From the NCBI GenBank assembly GCA_013265495.1, contig MU057796.1, positions 744,001 to 808,000 of the forward strand: DNA of 64,000 nucleotides. The letters run 5' to 3'. Each line of letters starts with the position of its first letter. The first letter of the stretch is position 1. This DNA comes from Vicugna vicugna (Eukaryota). The position numbers were made by a program, and so were the translations under genes. This document shows positions 12,286 through 26,015 of this stretch, in pieces. The notes below the pieces were generated by a model. It had not been told where the DNA came from. It saw only the letters and a program-made list of their open reading frames with translations, and did not search any database.

Positions 12286-12442
12286 TTTTTAAATCTAATT
12301 TTTAAAAATTTTCTTTTCCTTTTTTAGGAGCGGGGACGTAATTAGGTTTATTCATTTATATTTAGAGGAGGTACTGGGGATTGAATCCAGGACCTCATGC
12401 ATGCTAAGCATGCACTGTACCGCTTGAGCTATACCCTCCCCA
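12286..12442 (-). mobile_element. vic-1-type tRNA-Ala-derived SINE (camelid)
   Basis: Reverse complement GGGGAGGGTATAGCTCAAGCGGTACAGTGCATGCTTAGCATGCATGAGGTCCTGGATTCAATCCCCAGTACCTCC (A/B boxes, AGC anticodon loop), A-rich tail, degenerate TSD 12269-12285 / 12443-12459 (14/17). Confidence 0.9.
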
Positions 12443-13089
12443 CTAAACTATAAACTCTTAAGAAATCATTTTATCCTTTTTTCTCTCCCCTTCCTTCAAG
12501 CTTTAAGTTACTTCATTGCTTCACCAAAGATTAGCCAGAAGAGGAACCCAATTTTGCTGTTTATAGAAGCAGTTCATTGTGCTTTGGGGTGGAGGTGGGG
12601 AGGGAGCTGTAATTGACTGAAATTAGAGTTTGAGGCTTTTAGTATAGGGCAATTTTTGTTATGTAATATATAAAAAAATGAGATTCCAAATAGCTTTGGA
12701 AAAGTGAGGGATCAGTTAAATTATAGAAAAGTATAAAATGTATTAAGGAGTTAAAACATTTGGGTAAAGGTCCAAAAGTATGATGTTTATTATAATGTGA
12801 TTTATTTTTAACATTTTGCCAAAGGAGTAAAACGGTACACCAGTATCATTGATTTGTCTTCCAAAGTGAAGATAAGTTAATACTGTGGATCATAGCACCT
12901 CAAAGATTTTTGTTGTTGTTGAAAGGCTTTTATTTCAAATACAGATGATTTTCCTTTCTCCAACCTACCTAAATCATAATTCACCTAAAACCCAATTTTT
13001 TTAAACTCACAATTTGTAAGCTTATGTGACAAATTTAATTTTTTGGTACTTTCAGTATGTAATGAATTTTTTCAGTTCAGAGTATCTAT

Positions 13090-13230
13090 CATAATACCTC
13101 ACATCTGTATCATGCCTCACAGTTTTTGAAAATCTTACTTAATCCTTGCAACAACCCCAAGAGATAGCAAAGGATGAGTGTATTTATCCCCCCTTTTATA
13201 GATGAGGAAACTAAGGCTCAGTCCAGAGTC
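13090..13230 (-). mobile_element. MIR SINE fragment
   Basis: AATCCTTGCAACAACCC...TTTATAGATGAGGAAACTAAGGCTCAG core. Confidence 0.75.
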
Positions 13231-14464
13231 TACTCCACTAATACTATTTAACTTACAATGACGAGGTCTTTCTACGGCCTTTTGTTTATGGGCAGCTTGA
13301 ACAGTAGGGGCAGTCATTGTCAGACTGATTCGAATCATGTAAGTCAGTCACCTGAAAATAAAAAGACTGGAAAATTGCAAAGAGGTTCATAGTTCAGTTA
13401 TGAGCTTTAAAACTGAGAAAGACGTCTATGTCTTTAGTGCTGTGGAATGTGATACAAAATTGTATATTTAGGATCAGATGCTTTAGATAGCTAATTTCAG
13501 ATCTAATCAGAAAAAAACCCACAGCCATTTTCTGGTAATTCCTCTTAAAACTAGGAAATAATAAAAAAAAAATGAGAACACATGGCAAGAAAATTAACTC
13601 TGTGTCATAAAAATTTGAACTCAAGTGAAACCATATTATAGAAGATGGCTACTTAGCTTCGTCTTGTTTTAGGATGGAATAGTTTATTTCCATTTCTCTG
13701 ACTTTACTTCATTTTAAGCTCTAATAGTCTTTGTTCACTATCAGTTAACACACTCAAACATGCATAGTGTAATGAAACAGAATTTGGCATAAAGCTGATG
13801 TGTTTAGAATTCTCTCCATGGGGTTTTTATCTCTAAAGTACAAAAGCAGCTCGCCATAATGCATTTCAAACTATAAGCCCCACCCGTGGGTCTGGAAAAT
13901 TGAATTACATTAGTTATTTTAAGGAAGGCAATAATCCATTATTGATATATATTTATCACACACCCTGAAAGTTTGACAGAGCCTTATTTCTCCTCTGCAC
14001 TTAGACCCAACACCAGCAACCGTTTTCTTCTTCCCAACAGGGAAAGAGATAGACAGAGTAGAGGACCCTTGGCTTCACCTCTTATTTCTAGGTTGGACCT
14101 CAGGTTTGGTTGTCTTGGTGTGATAACCAGTGCCCTGGGTTCTCATTTGTCCTTATTAAGTTCACTCCATCCACCATACCTGTTTCTTATCCTACGTTTA
14201 GCCTCTCTATTCTGTTTCTCCCAAGCTGTTGTGTATTGCTGGAGAAAATTGTGGTGGGCATCAGTACAAATGTAGTTGTTAAACCTTAGCTGAGTCCTCA
14301 GTGTTTCACTTAGTCCTTTATCCTGTCTGCTTTTCTGATGTTTTTCAGCATTAACATTCTCTCAGTTCTCTCCCCTCCTCATTCCTCTCACTCTCAATCA
14401 GTAATGTCTGTTCACTTCCTGTTTGCCAATATTTTTAACTTGGAAGCCTGCTAAGATTTCTTTC

Positions 14465-15692
14465 TCAGGTTTTTTAAACTCAGGGCCCCATTACTCTCTT
14501 AAAAATTATTAAGGACTTCAATATGAAAAATTTTTTAAAAATAATGAGACCTGTGGTGTTTTACATGTTTCTAAGTCCCTTTAACGTCTAGCTCGTTAGA
14601 AGACAGCTGGATTGTCACACTTGCTTCTCCACTCAGTCTGTTGTAATACGTTGTTTTGATTGAAGTGTATGCAGAAAATCCAGCTTCACAAAGCTATGCA
14701 AGTGATAGGGTAATAACCTTTGCAGATAATTGTTGATATTCTTTGATACTTTACTCAACAAGGGGTAGTCACTTAGAGGTTAGTTGCAATATGGAATCTG
14801 GAGGCACATCAATTTAATGTACTCTGTTAAACTGAAATCATTGGTTTGTCTTGCATTTTGAATGGATCTTTTACCCATACATTCATTCCTAACAGCGCGC
14901 ATCAGTCAGTCAGAAGTTTTTGGTCCACTGGCTTAAGTAGATCTTCCAAATGTTAACACATTTCATTATACAGTATCAAAAATCACATTTATTACTATCT
15001 CCTGACCTTGTCAGAAGAATCTCTTAAGTATTGAGGAGCTGTCAAGCTCACAGTGTTGGACACAGGTTTTCCAAAACTTTAGCTATTGCTTGGAAGCTTG
15101 AAATTTTATCACTGGCAAAAATACTGTCAGGTATTTTCGTTGAAGTTTGAGGCTCACTTCCTTCACTTCTTAGAGAAAGTCTGGGTAATCATAGTTTGTT
15201 AGTTGCTCTTCAAAGTAAAAACCGTGCTCCTCAGAAAAGCAGTTCAGTTCACAATTCAAAAACTTGCACATGCGCTTTTCTTTGAGACAGCTGTCAATCA
15301 TCATGCAAGGTCCGTAGCCAGCGTGCTTTATGAGTATTTACCATTTTGTCACACAGACTGTTTTTTAAAAGCACATTGTGTGTGTCAAGATTTAGTAAAA
15401 TTAACATCAGTAAGGGCTTTCTTAAGCTAATTGGCTTTTTCTCTGTGTTTGAGAGTGTAGAGTGGTATTTCCTAGTAATGACTGCTGGTACAGCTTAATG
15501 TCACTGCCTTGATCTATGCTAAGGCACAAGTAACGTAACCCACTGTTCATTTTTATCATCACTGTGAATGTCAGCACAGTGAAAAGGGCAAATAGTCTCT
15601 TAGTATTATAATGGGAACGGTTTTAACCTCTAGCAAGTCCCCTGAATGGTTTCTAGAATGTCCGGGGGTTTGTAGGCCACACTTCGAGAATC
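14465..15692. mobile_element. Charlie1a-like hAT DNA transposon relic
   Basis: CTCAGGGCCCCATTACTCTCTTAAAAATTATTAAGGAC start, AGAAGACAGCTGGATT internal block and CCACACTTCGAGAA end; shares these blocks with 46160-46678. Confidence 0.8.
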
Positions 15693-16384
15693 TGTCTTTA
15701 TCCAGTCCACCACTGCCACACCACACTGTCTCAGCTCTTTCAGGACTTGGAGTCCTGAAACATTTCTCTTTCTCATTTAATCACTGTTTTCCTTTTTTTT
15801 AAACTCATGCCCTTAGGTCTGTAAAATAGTAATTCTTTTTCCAACTTCAAGCTGTCATCCTTTTTCCCTTCACTTGTTTTACAGATAGTTTGCATTTTTT
15901 TCTTTCTCCTTGTATTCCGAATCACACCTCAACCCATTAAAATTTGTCTGCTGTCCCCAGCATTCCAAATTTCTGTGTTTAATATTCCCAGTGACATGCT
16001 TAACCCAGTATTTTCATTTATGTTTTTATTCCACTCGGCAACATTTGTAACAGGTGGTGGCTGATTTTTCCTTTCTAGGGCCTCAGTGTGTTTTGTTTTT
16101 TTTTTTTCCTCTTATCTTTCAAGTCTTTGTCAGTCTTCTTTGCTGATTCAGCTTCTGCTCACTTTTGAACATTACCAGCTTCATTATCTTTGTTCTGCTT
16201 GTTCTCATTCACTTTAACTGCCATGTTTAGGATGATACAAATTGGCTGTCTCTAATCCTAACCCATGCCCTGAGCTCCAGACGTATGTTTCCGCTCTTGT
16301 AAATGTTGCCAAATTGTTGCTTCACATTTTAGAGATGAACTTAGAAAACACACACTGCCCCGCATTATCTTCCCTTCAAAAACC

Positions 16385-17760
16385 TGAACAAATGTTTACT
16401 GAGCACTAACTATGTAACGTACTAGAAAAACAATGAGCAGTAGAACAGGCAAGGTAGCTGTAAGGCAAGAAGAACAACAGACAAGTAAACTATAATATAA
16501 TTACGGATTATAACGGGTACAGGTTGATGGGGGATGGTGGGAAAGATATACTTAAATTTGTCAGGGAACATCTTTCTGAGGAGTTAATACCTAAACTAGG
16601 TGGTAAGAATGAGAAGGGTTCAGCTACATGAAGAGAGAAGGGAAAAGAGCATTTCATGCTGAGTGAACAGCAGGTATCAAGGCCCCAGTTAAAAAGACCT
16701 TGAGATGTTCTAAGGGCCTAAAATCATCATAGGTGATGAAGGTAAGAATGAACTGAGGGAAGGTGCGATTGATAAATCATACAGTGTCTTTTAGGGCATG
16801 AAAAGGGGGTGGAGTTTTATTGTAACTGCAGTGAGAAGCCACTGAAATGTTTTAAGCAGGCTGTGACAACTGATTTCCATTTCTAAAATATTTCTCTGAT
16901 AACTCTGGTGAATTGATGAGGGTGGAGGTGAAATGTGGGTGGAATGGGGGGATCTGGTTGGAAATTCTTAATAATTTTCTAAGTCAAAGATGATGGTTGT
17001 TTGAGCCGGAATGTGGACTAGCATTGGGACAGAGATGGACAGATACAAGATAACGTTTTGGGGCTTTGAACCAAGAGGACCTTACCTTAAGGTGAAGACT
17101 GTAATATAAGTTGGAATTTTTCAAAGAAAGAATTAGCATGTGTTTCAAGGGAAGGGGACAATGACATGTTCATAACCTAAGAAACCAGAGAGGAAGTGGA
17201 TATCTGAGAAAGTGAAAGAAGTTCAGCATGCCTGAAGTCTAAAGATGGAGTGTGGCCAAGGATGAGGTAGGAGATACAGGCAGAAGCTGGACCATACAGG
17301 ACCTTGTTAAGAAATTTAAATTCTCTCTATATCTGGAGTTCTAATCTGGGCTCTATTGGGGAATTACCTGATTATAACCCATAAAAGAAGCCTTGGGAGC
17401 TGATGAGTTACTCAGAACATGTAGAATGAAAAAAAGATTCTAAAGCCAAGACATGAGGAACCTTAAGCATTTAGGAGTTGATCAACAACACTGAAAATAA
17501 AACGGAAAAGGGAAAGTTGGAACAAGATGGACGACTAAAGCCAAGGGCCAAAAGTTTTTCAGATGTCAGTGGTCTTTCTTTCAGATGATTCTCTGGGGGA
17601 TTAAATAAGAAAAGACTTGAGAAATAGCCTGTCTGGTCATTGATGAATTTGATGATAATAAATTTGGAGCAGTCACAGGTTGAAAACCAGGTTATTGTGG
17701 GTTGAGTAAATTGGGAGGTAAGGAAATTGAGACAGTGCATATAGACAACTAGGTAGGCTT
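16385..17760 (-). mobile_element. Fragmented L2 LINE sequences
   Basis: TGAACAAATGTTTACTGAGCAC terminus and GAGAAGCCACTGAAATGTTTTAAGCAGG; boundaries approximate. Confidence 0.6.
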
Positions 17761-17820
17761 TGAGAGAGGTGTTTGGAGGTTTGGGTGGAATTTTTTTTTT
17801 AATGATCAAATGACTTTTTA

Positions 17821-18254
17821 AATTAAGACTTTACTTTTTAGAACAATTTTAGGTTCACAGCAAAATTGTGGGCAAGGTACAGATACTTCCTTTATACTTT
17901 CTGCTCCCACAGCATGCACAGCATCCCCCATTGTCAATACCTCCCACCAGAATGGTACATTTGTTACAACTTACGAACCTACATTGACCCATGATTATCA
18001 CCCAAAGTCTATAGTTTTCCTTCTTGATATGGTATATCCTATGAATCTTAACATATAATGGAGCATATCCATCATTATAATATGATACAGTATTTTCACT
18101 GCCTAAAAATCCTCTGTGCTTTGTTTATTCATTTCTTCCCCTCCCCCTGCCCCCGGCAGACACTGATCTTTTTACTGTCTGCATAGTATTGCCTTTTCCA
18201 GAATGTCATATAGTTGGAATCATACAGAATATAGCCTTTTCAGATCGGTTTCTT
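17821..18254 (-). mobile_element. Old L1 (L1MC-like) 3' end, left part; interrupted by a younger L1
   Basis: TTTAGGTTCACAGCAAAATTG...CCCACCAGAATGGTACATTTGTTACAA...GAACCTACATTGAC; the element resumes at 19601. Confidence 0.75.
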
Positions 18255-19587
18255 CCTTTTTTTTTTTAACTTTTTTTTTATTGAGTTATAGTCATTTTAC
18301 AATGTTGTGTCAAATTCCAATATAGAGCACAATTTTTCAGTTATACATGAACATATATATATTCATTGTCACATTTTTTTTCACTGTGAGCTACCACAAG
18401 ATCTTGTATATATGTCCCTGTGCTATACAGTATAATCTTGTTTATCTATTCTGCATATGCCTGTCAGTACGTACAAATTTTGAACTCCCAGTCTGTCCCT
18501 TCCCACCTCTCTCCCCCTTAGCAACCACAAGTTTGTATTATATGTGAGTCTGTTTCTGTTTTGTATTTATGTTTTGTTTGTTTGTTTTTTAGATTCCACA
18601 TATGAGCGATTTCATATGGTATTTTTCTTTCTCTTTCTGGCTTACTTCACTTAGAATGACATTCTCCAGGAGCATCCATGTTGCTGCAAATGGCGTTATG
18701 TTGTCGGTTTTATGGCTGAATAGTATTCCATTGTATAAATATACCACATCTTCTTTATCCAGTCATCTGTTGATGGACATTTATGCTGTTTCCATGTCTT
18801 GGCTATTGTAAATAGTGCTGCTATGAACATTGGGGTGCAGGTTTCATTTTGAAGTAGGGTTCCTTCTGGATATATGCCCAGGAGTGGCATGACTGGGTCA
18901 CATGGTAAGTGTATTTCTAGTCTTTTGAGGAATCTCCATACTGTTTTCCTCAGTGGCTGCACCAAACTGCATTCCCAACAGCAGTGTAGCAGGGTTCCCT
19001 TTTCTCCACAGCCTCTCCAGCATTTATTTGTTATTTGTGGACTTTTGAACAATGACCATTCTGACTGGTGTGAGGTGATACCTCATTGTAGTTTTGATTT
19101 GCATTTCTCTGATAATTAGTGCTATTGAGCATTTTTTCATGTGCATTTGTATTTCTTCCTTGGAGAATTGCTTGTTTAGGTCTTCTGCCTATTTTTGTAT
19201 TGAGTTGTTTGTTTGTTTCTTATTAAGTCGTATGAGCTGCTTATATATCCTGGAGATCAAGCCTTTGTCAGTTTCATCGTTTGCAAAAATTTTCTCCCAT
19301 TCTGTAGGTTGTCATTTTGTTTTACTTATGGTTTCCTTTGCTGTGCAGAAGCTTGCAAGTTTAATTAGGCCCCATTTGTTTATTCTTGCTCTTATTTCTA
19401 TTGCTTGGGTAGACTGCCCTAGGAGAACATTTTTGAGACGTATGTGAGAGAATGTTTTGCCTGTATTTCTTCTAGGAGGTTTCTTGTATCTTGTCTTATG
19501 TTTAAGTCTCTGATCCATTTGAGTTTATTTTTGTGTATGGTGTAAGGGGGTGTTCTAGCTTCATTGATTTACATGCTGCTGTCCAGA
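18255..19587 (-). mobile_element. Younger 5'-truncated L1 (ORF2 C-terminus + 3' UTR + poly(A))
   Basis: Minus-strand ORFs 19312-19518 and 18696-19052 encode L1 ORF2p C-terminal motifs ([20 protein letters not shown]...CTPMFIAALFTIAKTWKQ...WYIYTMEYYSAIK). Poly-T at 18257-18279; TSD AGATCGGTTTCTT (18242-18254) / AGATTGGTTTCTT (19588-19600). Confidence 0.95.
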
Positions 19588-19600
19588 AGATTGGTTTCTT

Positions 19601-19840
19601 TTCCTTCACAATATGCAGTTAAGGTTCCTCCATGTCTTTTCACGGTTTGCAGGGTAATTTTTAAATGCTGAATAATACTCCATTTTCTACATGTACTGTG
19701 TACTTACCCATTCACCTACTAAAGGATGTCTTGGCTGCTTCCAAGTTTTGGCAATTATGAATAAAGTTGCAGTAAACAATGTGTGCAGGTTTTCATGTGT
19801 GGATGTAGGTTTTCAACCCTTTTGGGTAAATACCAAGACC
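19601..19840 (-). mobile_element. Old L1 (L1MC-like), right part
   Basis: AAGGTTCCTCCATGTCTTTTCA...TTCCAAGTTTTGGCAATTATGAATAAAG...GGGTAAATACCAAG continues the element broken at 18254. Confidence 0.75.
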
Positions 19841-21228
19841 TCTTGGTAGAACCTTAAGAATTTTTGCTTGTTTGTTTTTAAATATGTGAGACACATGTTT
19901 AAATACCGTTTGAGAGATTGGAAGGTAAAGAGAGAGGTGGAGGATGGAATGGGATCCTCCATACTATTCCTTATCTCCCCTGCTATCACCTAGTGTCTCA
20001 AGCTGGAAACCTCAGAGTCAGCTCTAATTTCTTTTGTACCAAAACTTTGACCCACTTGCACATACTCATCAAATCTTATCTTTTATTTCAGAAATACGGG
20101 TATGGTGTTTGAGTATAGTGTCTCCTCTCACAATAATGTTGCTTTTATTAGTTTTGCACATCTCAATAGGTCTCTTGAAAAAAAAAAGAGGAAAAAATTG
20201 ATTACTACTTTAATTACTTTAATTAGTACTTAAATTAGTAGTAATATTACCACTTTAATTAGTGCTTGTGATGGTGTGGCCCTTCCAGAGTCAACATCCT
20301 GTCAACTTTCCCTCCTCCTGTTTGCCATCCCACGCATCCCTCCCCCATACTGCCCTTCAGGTGCATTAAATTTCCCTCTGATCATAAACTTGTCCTGCTC
20401 TTACCAAACCTTTTTCCTCTAATAAAGGTGGTTTTCTTTACCTGAAAGTCTTTCTCCTACCCTTGCCTCTCTGGTAAACTTCTATTCTTGAATAGAAGCC
20501 TCAAAGTAACCTGTTATGACTTGACTCAGGCAAAGTCATTCCTTTCTGTATCCACAATACTTTCTTCATAATTCTGTTGTAACACTCATTTATTCCTTTA
20601 TTTTAGTAATTATTTGTTCGTATGTCTGTCTTCACCTGGACTCTTGGCTTCTCCCAACCAGGGACTTTGTCACTCATGACATTTGTATATCCTAGATGCT
20701 TGATATAGTACTTTATGTTCATTAAATGTTTGTTGGATGAATGAATTATAACCGTTAGTGAAATTTGACATATTCCTCGCATGTTGAGATTGGAAGTGAT
20801 CATTTTAAAGCTAAGTACACTGAGGCCTAGGGAGGTGGAATGATTGCCTGAAGGCTTACAGGTACTGACTCCCCTCTCCTGACTTCCGGCTCCAAGCCCC
20901 CTGCTGTATGCTGGTGCCTGGGGAAGCCTGCACCAGCTGCTCTCAGTCCGTGCTAGTTGGGTAATGTTTAAATTAAAATAGAGACAACATGAGCACATCC
21001 ACTATGCATGATCCTTTTCAGTTTTTAGCTTATAGAATATGATTCAAAGATTGAAACTAAAAAAGATACTGTTTGAGAAGGGTCCTAAAAATTCTGTTTA
21101 AATTCAACAGATAGTCTGTCTAGTCTTCTTCCTTCAAATTAAATTATTTAAAAATCAGATTTAGTGTCCCTTTACTAAAACCACACTTCATCTCTCTAGT
21201 CCACTTAGAGGGGTCCCTGGGTGCAGAA

Positions 21229-21248
21229 GTGTGTGTGTGTGTGTGTGT
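21229..21248. repeat. (GT)10 microsatellite
   Basis: Direct reading. Confidence 0.9.
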
Positions 21249-21457
21249 ACGTGCATTTGGCAGGGAGCCGAGGTTCCATGTCTTTTTTCAAAGGGTTCCT
21301 TGATCCCCCCCCCAAAAGTTGAGAACCACTGTACTCACCTGACTTGATATTTTGCTGTTGTGATAAGCGAGCTTTCTCAAAGCAAAGTACATTAAAGATT
21401 CTTTTAGCTGCTACTTGAATTACGTTTTTAATCTTTGCTACTTGCTTTCATTTTTAG

Positions 21458-21537
21458 GCTTTGTGTTTAGTGAATCAGAGGGATCTGCATTAGAACAGTT
21501 TGAAGGTGGCCCCTGTGCTGTTATTGCACCTGTTCAG
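21458..21537 (+). CDS. MINDY3: MINDY3 exon 2 (80 nt): GFVFSESEGSALEQFEGGPCAVIAPVQ, contains catalytic Cys51
   Basis: tttttag| acceptor, CAG|GTAACA donor; GGPC motif with TGT at 21514-21516 = codon 51. Confidence 0.97.
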
Positions 21538-24142
21538 GTAACACAGATTACTTTACCAACTCCTTAGAGGGACGTGTTCAAACGTTTCAGACTTTACTTT
21601 TTGTTTTCTATTATTTGTGCTGTATATAATGATGAGGCATGATGAGTTACCTCTTAACTTTTGTTCATGTAAATTGCTTTAAATATCCAAAATTAAAAAT
21701 GAATTCAGAGCATGAGTAGGTTGCAAAGCAATAGCCTTTTGGCTGTCTTTATTTTCAGGAAAACAAAGTAAGTGTTCCTTTCTTTCAGAAAATTTGGAAT
21801 TAATGACCATGGCATCTTATACAGTGATCCTGTTGAGTAATAACATTTTATGCCACAGATAGTTACATCATAGCAGTGGTACTATTTACATTAGTTCTGT
21901 CTATAAAAACAATTTTCTTACAAAGTTGAAGATGAGTTAATATTTTCATGGCCTAAAATTTTATACATTTTTAATATAAGTTGACAGTATGTACTGTTTT
22001 AGGCTCTAGCTTTGGTATTTAAAATAAAATTAGTAGCAACTGATTTCGAACAGAATTCCTGAAATTAAAAAAAAGATTTTTTTCTTTGCACAAAAGGTAG
22101 GGTTAATCTCAATATGTGTATCTGATTTTGAATCTTGATGTATATAGGCTGATTTGGTTTATACCATTACATTATTAAAATGGAGAATTAAATTTTCAGT
22201 TTACTGTAATATTTACAATGTCTAAACAGCAGTGTCACCTCAGAATTGTTATCAAAGAAGCTTGAATTTATTGTTTGTTTTAATCAGCACATTTTGAAAA
22301 TACATATTTAATGCCAGTATTTATTATTCATTGGGCATAAAGAATGCATTGCTGAACTGTTAGCTGCAAAGTAAATTCATCTCAAATATGATGCTCCATA
22401 CACTTACACTATTAAATCTAAAATGTATTCTCTGAAGGAGAGAAAAAATTCCCTTTATGGTTGATTCTAAGGTATATCTGTTATAGGTCATTATTTTATT
22501 TCTTTAGACAGTAAAGTTGATTTTTTTTTAATTAGAATTATTTTAAAAATTTGAGTGAGCTTTGCCTACTAATTATGGAGTACAAAGAGTAAAATTTATA
22601 CATTAGTGTTTCAGAGCTGGTATGTTGAGTACCAGGAAAGTTTTGGTTGCATAATAATAATGCAGATTCTTTGATGCAATAATTGTACTTCTGTGAATCC
22701 TTCCTAAATAAGTAATCATTACTATGGAGAAGGTTGTATTCAGAAGAAAAATTTTTTTTAGTGCAAGTCTGAATATATTTTATATTTATAGTAGTTAAAA
22801 AAACTTACAAGCAACCTAATGTACAATGCAGTTTAAACACAGAATAATATTTAAATTTTAATAGCTTGATAGACATTTAGAGATTAAGAGTTATGCATTG
22901 TGTGGGAAAACAAAATGTGGAAAAGTCACGTACCCATTATTCATGCTTCTCACTTAAAATTGTAAGCAGATACGAAAGAAAGACTGGAAGGAAGTGTATC
23001 ACAATGCTAAAGATTGTGTAGTGGTGAAGAATGAGTGTCCCACCTCACCTGTCCAAAATTTTATAATATTATGTTACTCATTTTGATGGTTTTTGTTATT
23101 TGGGGGAAAAGCAGCAGCACCTCATTGTAGTTATTGTAGGTTTTATTTCTATGAGAATATCAGGACATCACTTAATTTTTTGCTCAAGTACTTTGAAATA
23201 ATTACTTATTGGGTGCCAGGTACTGTGCCAAGTGTATTAATAGCTTATCTCATGTAATCCTTACTGCAGCCTTTTAAAGTTTGTGCTATTATTAATTTTA
23301 GTTAGTAAAGTAAGGAACCAGGATTCAAATCTAGGTGTGTCCGGCTGAAAGCAGTCCTCTTATCTGCGCACAGCTGTTTTCAGATACATCTGAGTAATAA
23401 CCACCAGGAACCTCTTTTTCTTGAATCAGCCCCTGGAGGTTCATGTATAATAGGTGGAACATCAGAACCTTCCTTTTAAATAAACAAGTCAGGTGACCAG
23501 GATGCTGATAGCCTTTGAACTACACTTTGTGAAGGAAACATTCTACACTCAATTTCTGTCTGTCAAATCACCAATGTAACATAGTTGGCTCACATAAGGA
23601 AAGGTTAGAAATCAGTGTTTTTTTTCCTTTGGAATCTTAAAGCTTTTTGAGTTAAGCCTGGAAGTTAGGAGCTCCTCATAATAAAGTGATGACCCACATA
23701 GTGGTATTCTTGTATCACAAATCAGAGCTAATAGAGAAGAACCACTTTTGTATTTAGGTTTCTTTCCCCCCAAGGAATCAAAGAGAAATGTAGACTTTTT
23801 CCTGGTTGACAGAGCCTTCCCTCTGTGAATGGAGTAATAAATCTCTTTATTTTTTCAGTTATGTGGCTATTATTTTGAATCAAGTCTCTATTTGCCACAA
23901 AATACATGTTATAAAAGAAGAAGAATTGTGTGGATCTAGAGTCAAGGTAATAGTAGTGTATTCAGAATAAATAATTATGCTCAGTTACTGTGAAGGGAAC
24001 CATTGGAAATTTTTATAGCGTTATTCAAAAGATCAGAAAGAAGGTACACGTTAGTTTTTTTTTCCATTTTAAAATAAAAGAATAATATAAGGTATGTTTA
24101 TAATAATTGCATTCTAATAATTATTACTTTAATTGTATAAAG

Positions 24143-24203
24143 GCATTTCTTTTGAAGAAGCTCCTGTTTTCTTCTGAGAAGTCTTCCTGGAGGGATTGCC
24201 CAG
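24143..24203 (+). CDS. MINDY3: MINDY3 exon 3 (61 nt): AFLLKKLLFSSEKSSWRDCP
   Basis: ataaag| acceptor, CAG|GTATGA donor, frame continuous with exon 2. Confidence 0.95.
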
Positions 24204-25841
24204 GTATGACAGTATCTTTTATAAACTTTCACTCCATCTTCTGTTTTATAAATGATCATTGCAGGATTCATTGGCAGTAATTTAGGTGAAATTATCTATC
24301 TTTGAAAAGTAAACTTATTAGTGGGTTATTTTTCCCTGAGGTTTATTTGTTAAATGTTTCAGGCAGTGTCACAGACAGCAACTCCAAATTTTAAAAATGT
24401 GTGTTTCCAAATTTGGTTTTCCGAAGTAAGAATTTTAACACGGGATATTATAACTAAGCGAAAAATCATTTGGTGCATTTCCCTGAACTGTTAAATAATA
24501 ACATGCCATGAGGAGTAGTCATTTATGTTTGTTTTGCCTTATTTAGCTTTGAGCAGAAACTCAGAATTATCTTTGTATTTCTGCATCTTTCAGTATTATG
24601 TCTTACACAATTCAAACAGTACTGCAAGTAATTCTGAATTCAATCACAAATGAAGCTGTCATGGCTTCTGAAATATGATTAAGTCAGAGAGCTGTATGTG
24701 CTACCTGATAATAACAAGCATTTGCATTCTGCGTGACAGTTTACAAAGATATTTCCTTCACTTACACAATTTTATGTGAACTTAATAACTGCTGGAGGAA
24801 GGTAGAATATATTATAATTGCAGTCTTTATATAAGGGCAGAGCAGCTTCCATTCCAGAGCATGCACATAGAATGTACTAGTGATTTTGAAGAGTTAAAGC
24901 ATCACTGTCAGGTATTTTTAATTAATTAATAGCTGAAATGCAAAATAGATTTTGGTAGAGAAGAAACTAATCAAATGATACTATTAGCATTTTATTAATA
25001 AAATTTATAATATTTCTGCACAGAAATGTATTCACATTGATAAAAAATTTATATAGTGTTGTTATAACTGCTGGGATGGCTATAAAGTGAATGGCACAGT
25101 TCCTATCTTTAAAGAACTTTTAATCTATTAGGGGAGAGAGAAACCTCCCTATAGCATAAAATTTTACAAAGCGTTGTTTGAAAGTTCAGAAAGTGGTACT
25201 ACTTCTGGAGATTAATATTGCTTGAAAGAGGGAGGGTGGCTTAGGTTCAGGAAGAAACTGAACATTTGTGCTATTGTCTATAAATGTCTAGTGCTCAAAT
25301 CTGCAGCACAGTGTCAGTGGTTTCTGTATTATGCAACATAACCACAGTGGCCTCTGCTAATATAATGGGATGTGTGGTTTTATATGTGCTGACAGTGTGT
25401 TATCTCATTATCCTTACCCACTGTGGGACAGGGAGATCAAAGACATCAGACGAATTCAGAACTGGGGAAAAACAGAGGTCTCAACAGGCCTTTACAGTAG
25501 GCCTGGTTCTAAAATGAAGGCAACCTCATGGCTTAAATATTCCATTTGCAGCCTAAGAAAGGGGCAGTCAGTATCAGACGATTCCACGTAGCGTATTCTT
25601 TCTTCTGGTGTTTAATTCTGCATTTTCCAGGATTCTTTTACACGTTAATGGAAATATTTAGTAGTCATGACATTGTAACCCTCAAACACATTGTTTTTCT
25701 ACACTATAATTTAACATGAGTTATTCATGAATTTTCCCCCAATAAAAATGTTTGATTTTCCTCATTAAATTAACATATTCTTAATATTGTTATTTATGAC
25801 AGGTTTCCCCCTCTTATAACTTATACTTTGGTTATTTTTAG

Positions 25842-26015
25842 ACGAAGAGCGGAAGGAACTCCTTTGTCATACCTTATGTGATATTTTAGAAAGTGCTTGT
25901 TGTGACAACTCTGGATCCTACTGCTTGGTTTTGTGGTTAAGAGGAAAGACATCTGAGGAAACTGCTGGCATTTCTGGGAGCCCTGCAGAGTCTAGTTGCC
26001 AAGTGGAACATTCTT
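25842..26015 (+). CDS. MINDY3: MINDY3 exon 4 (174 nt): DEERKELLCHTLCDILESACC...SSCQVEHS
   Basis: tttttag| acceptor, T|GTAAGA donor, open frame, phase 1-1. Confidence 0.96.

Noticed and set aside
18347..19518. Several 66-118 aa ORFs as host genes
   Set aside because: Sense and antisense fragments of a truncated, frameshifted L1 ORF2 and 3' UTR.
20200..20262. AT-rich quasi-palindromic TTAATT/ACTT repeat
   Set aside because: Short, low-complexity and compatible with replication slippage; no support for function.
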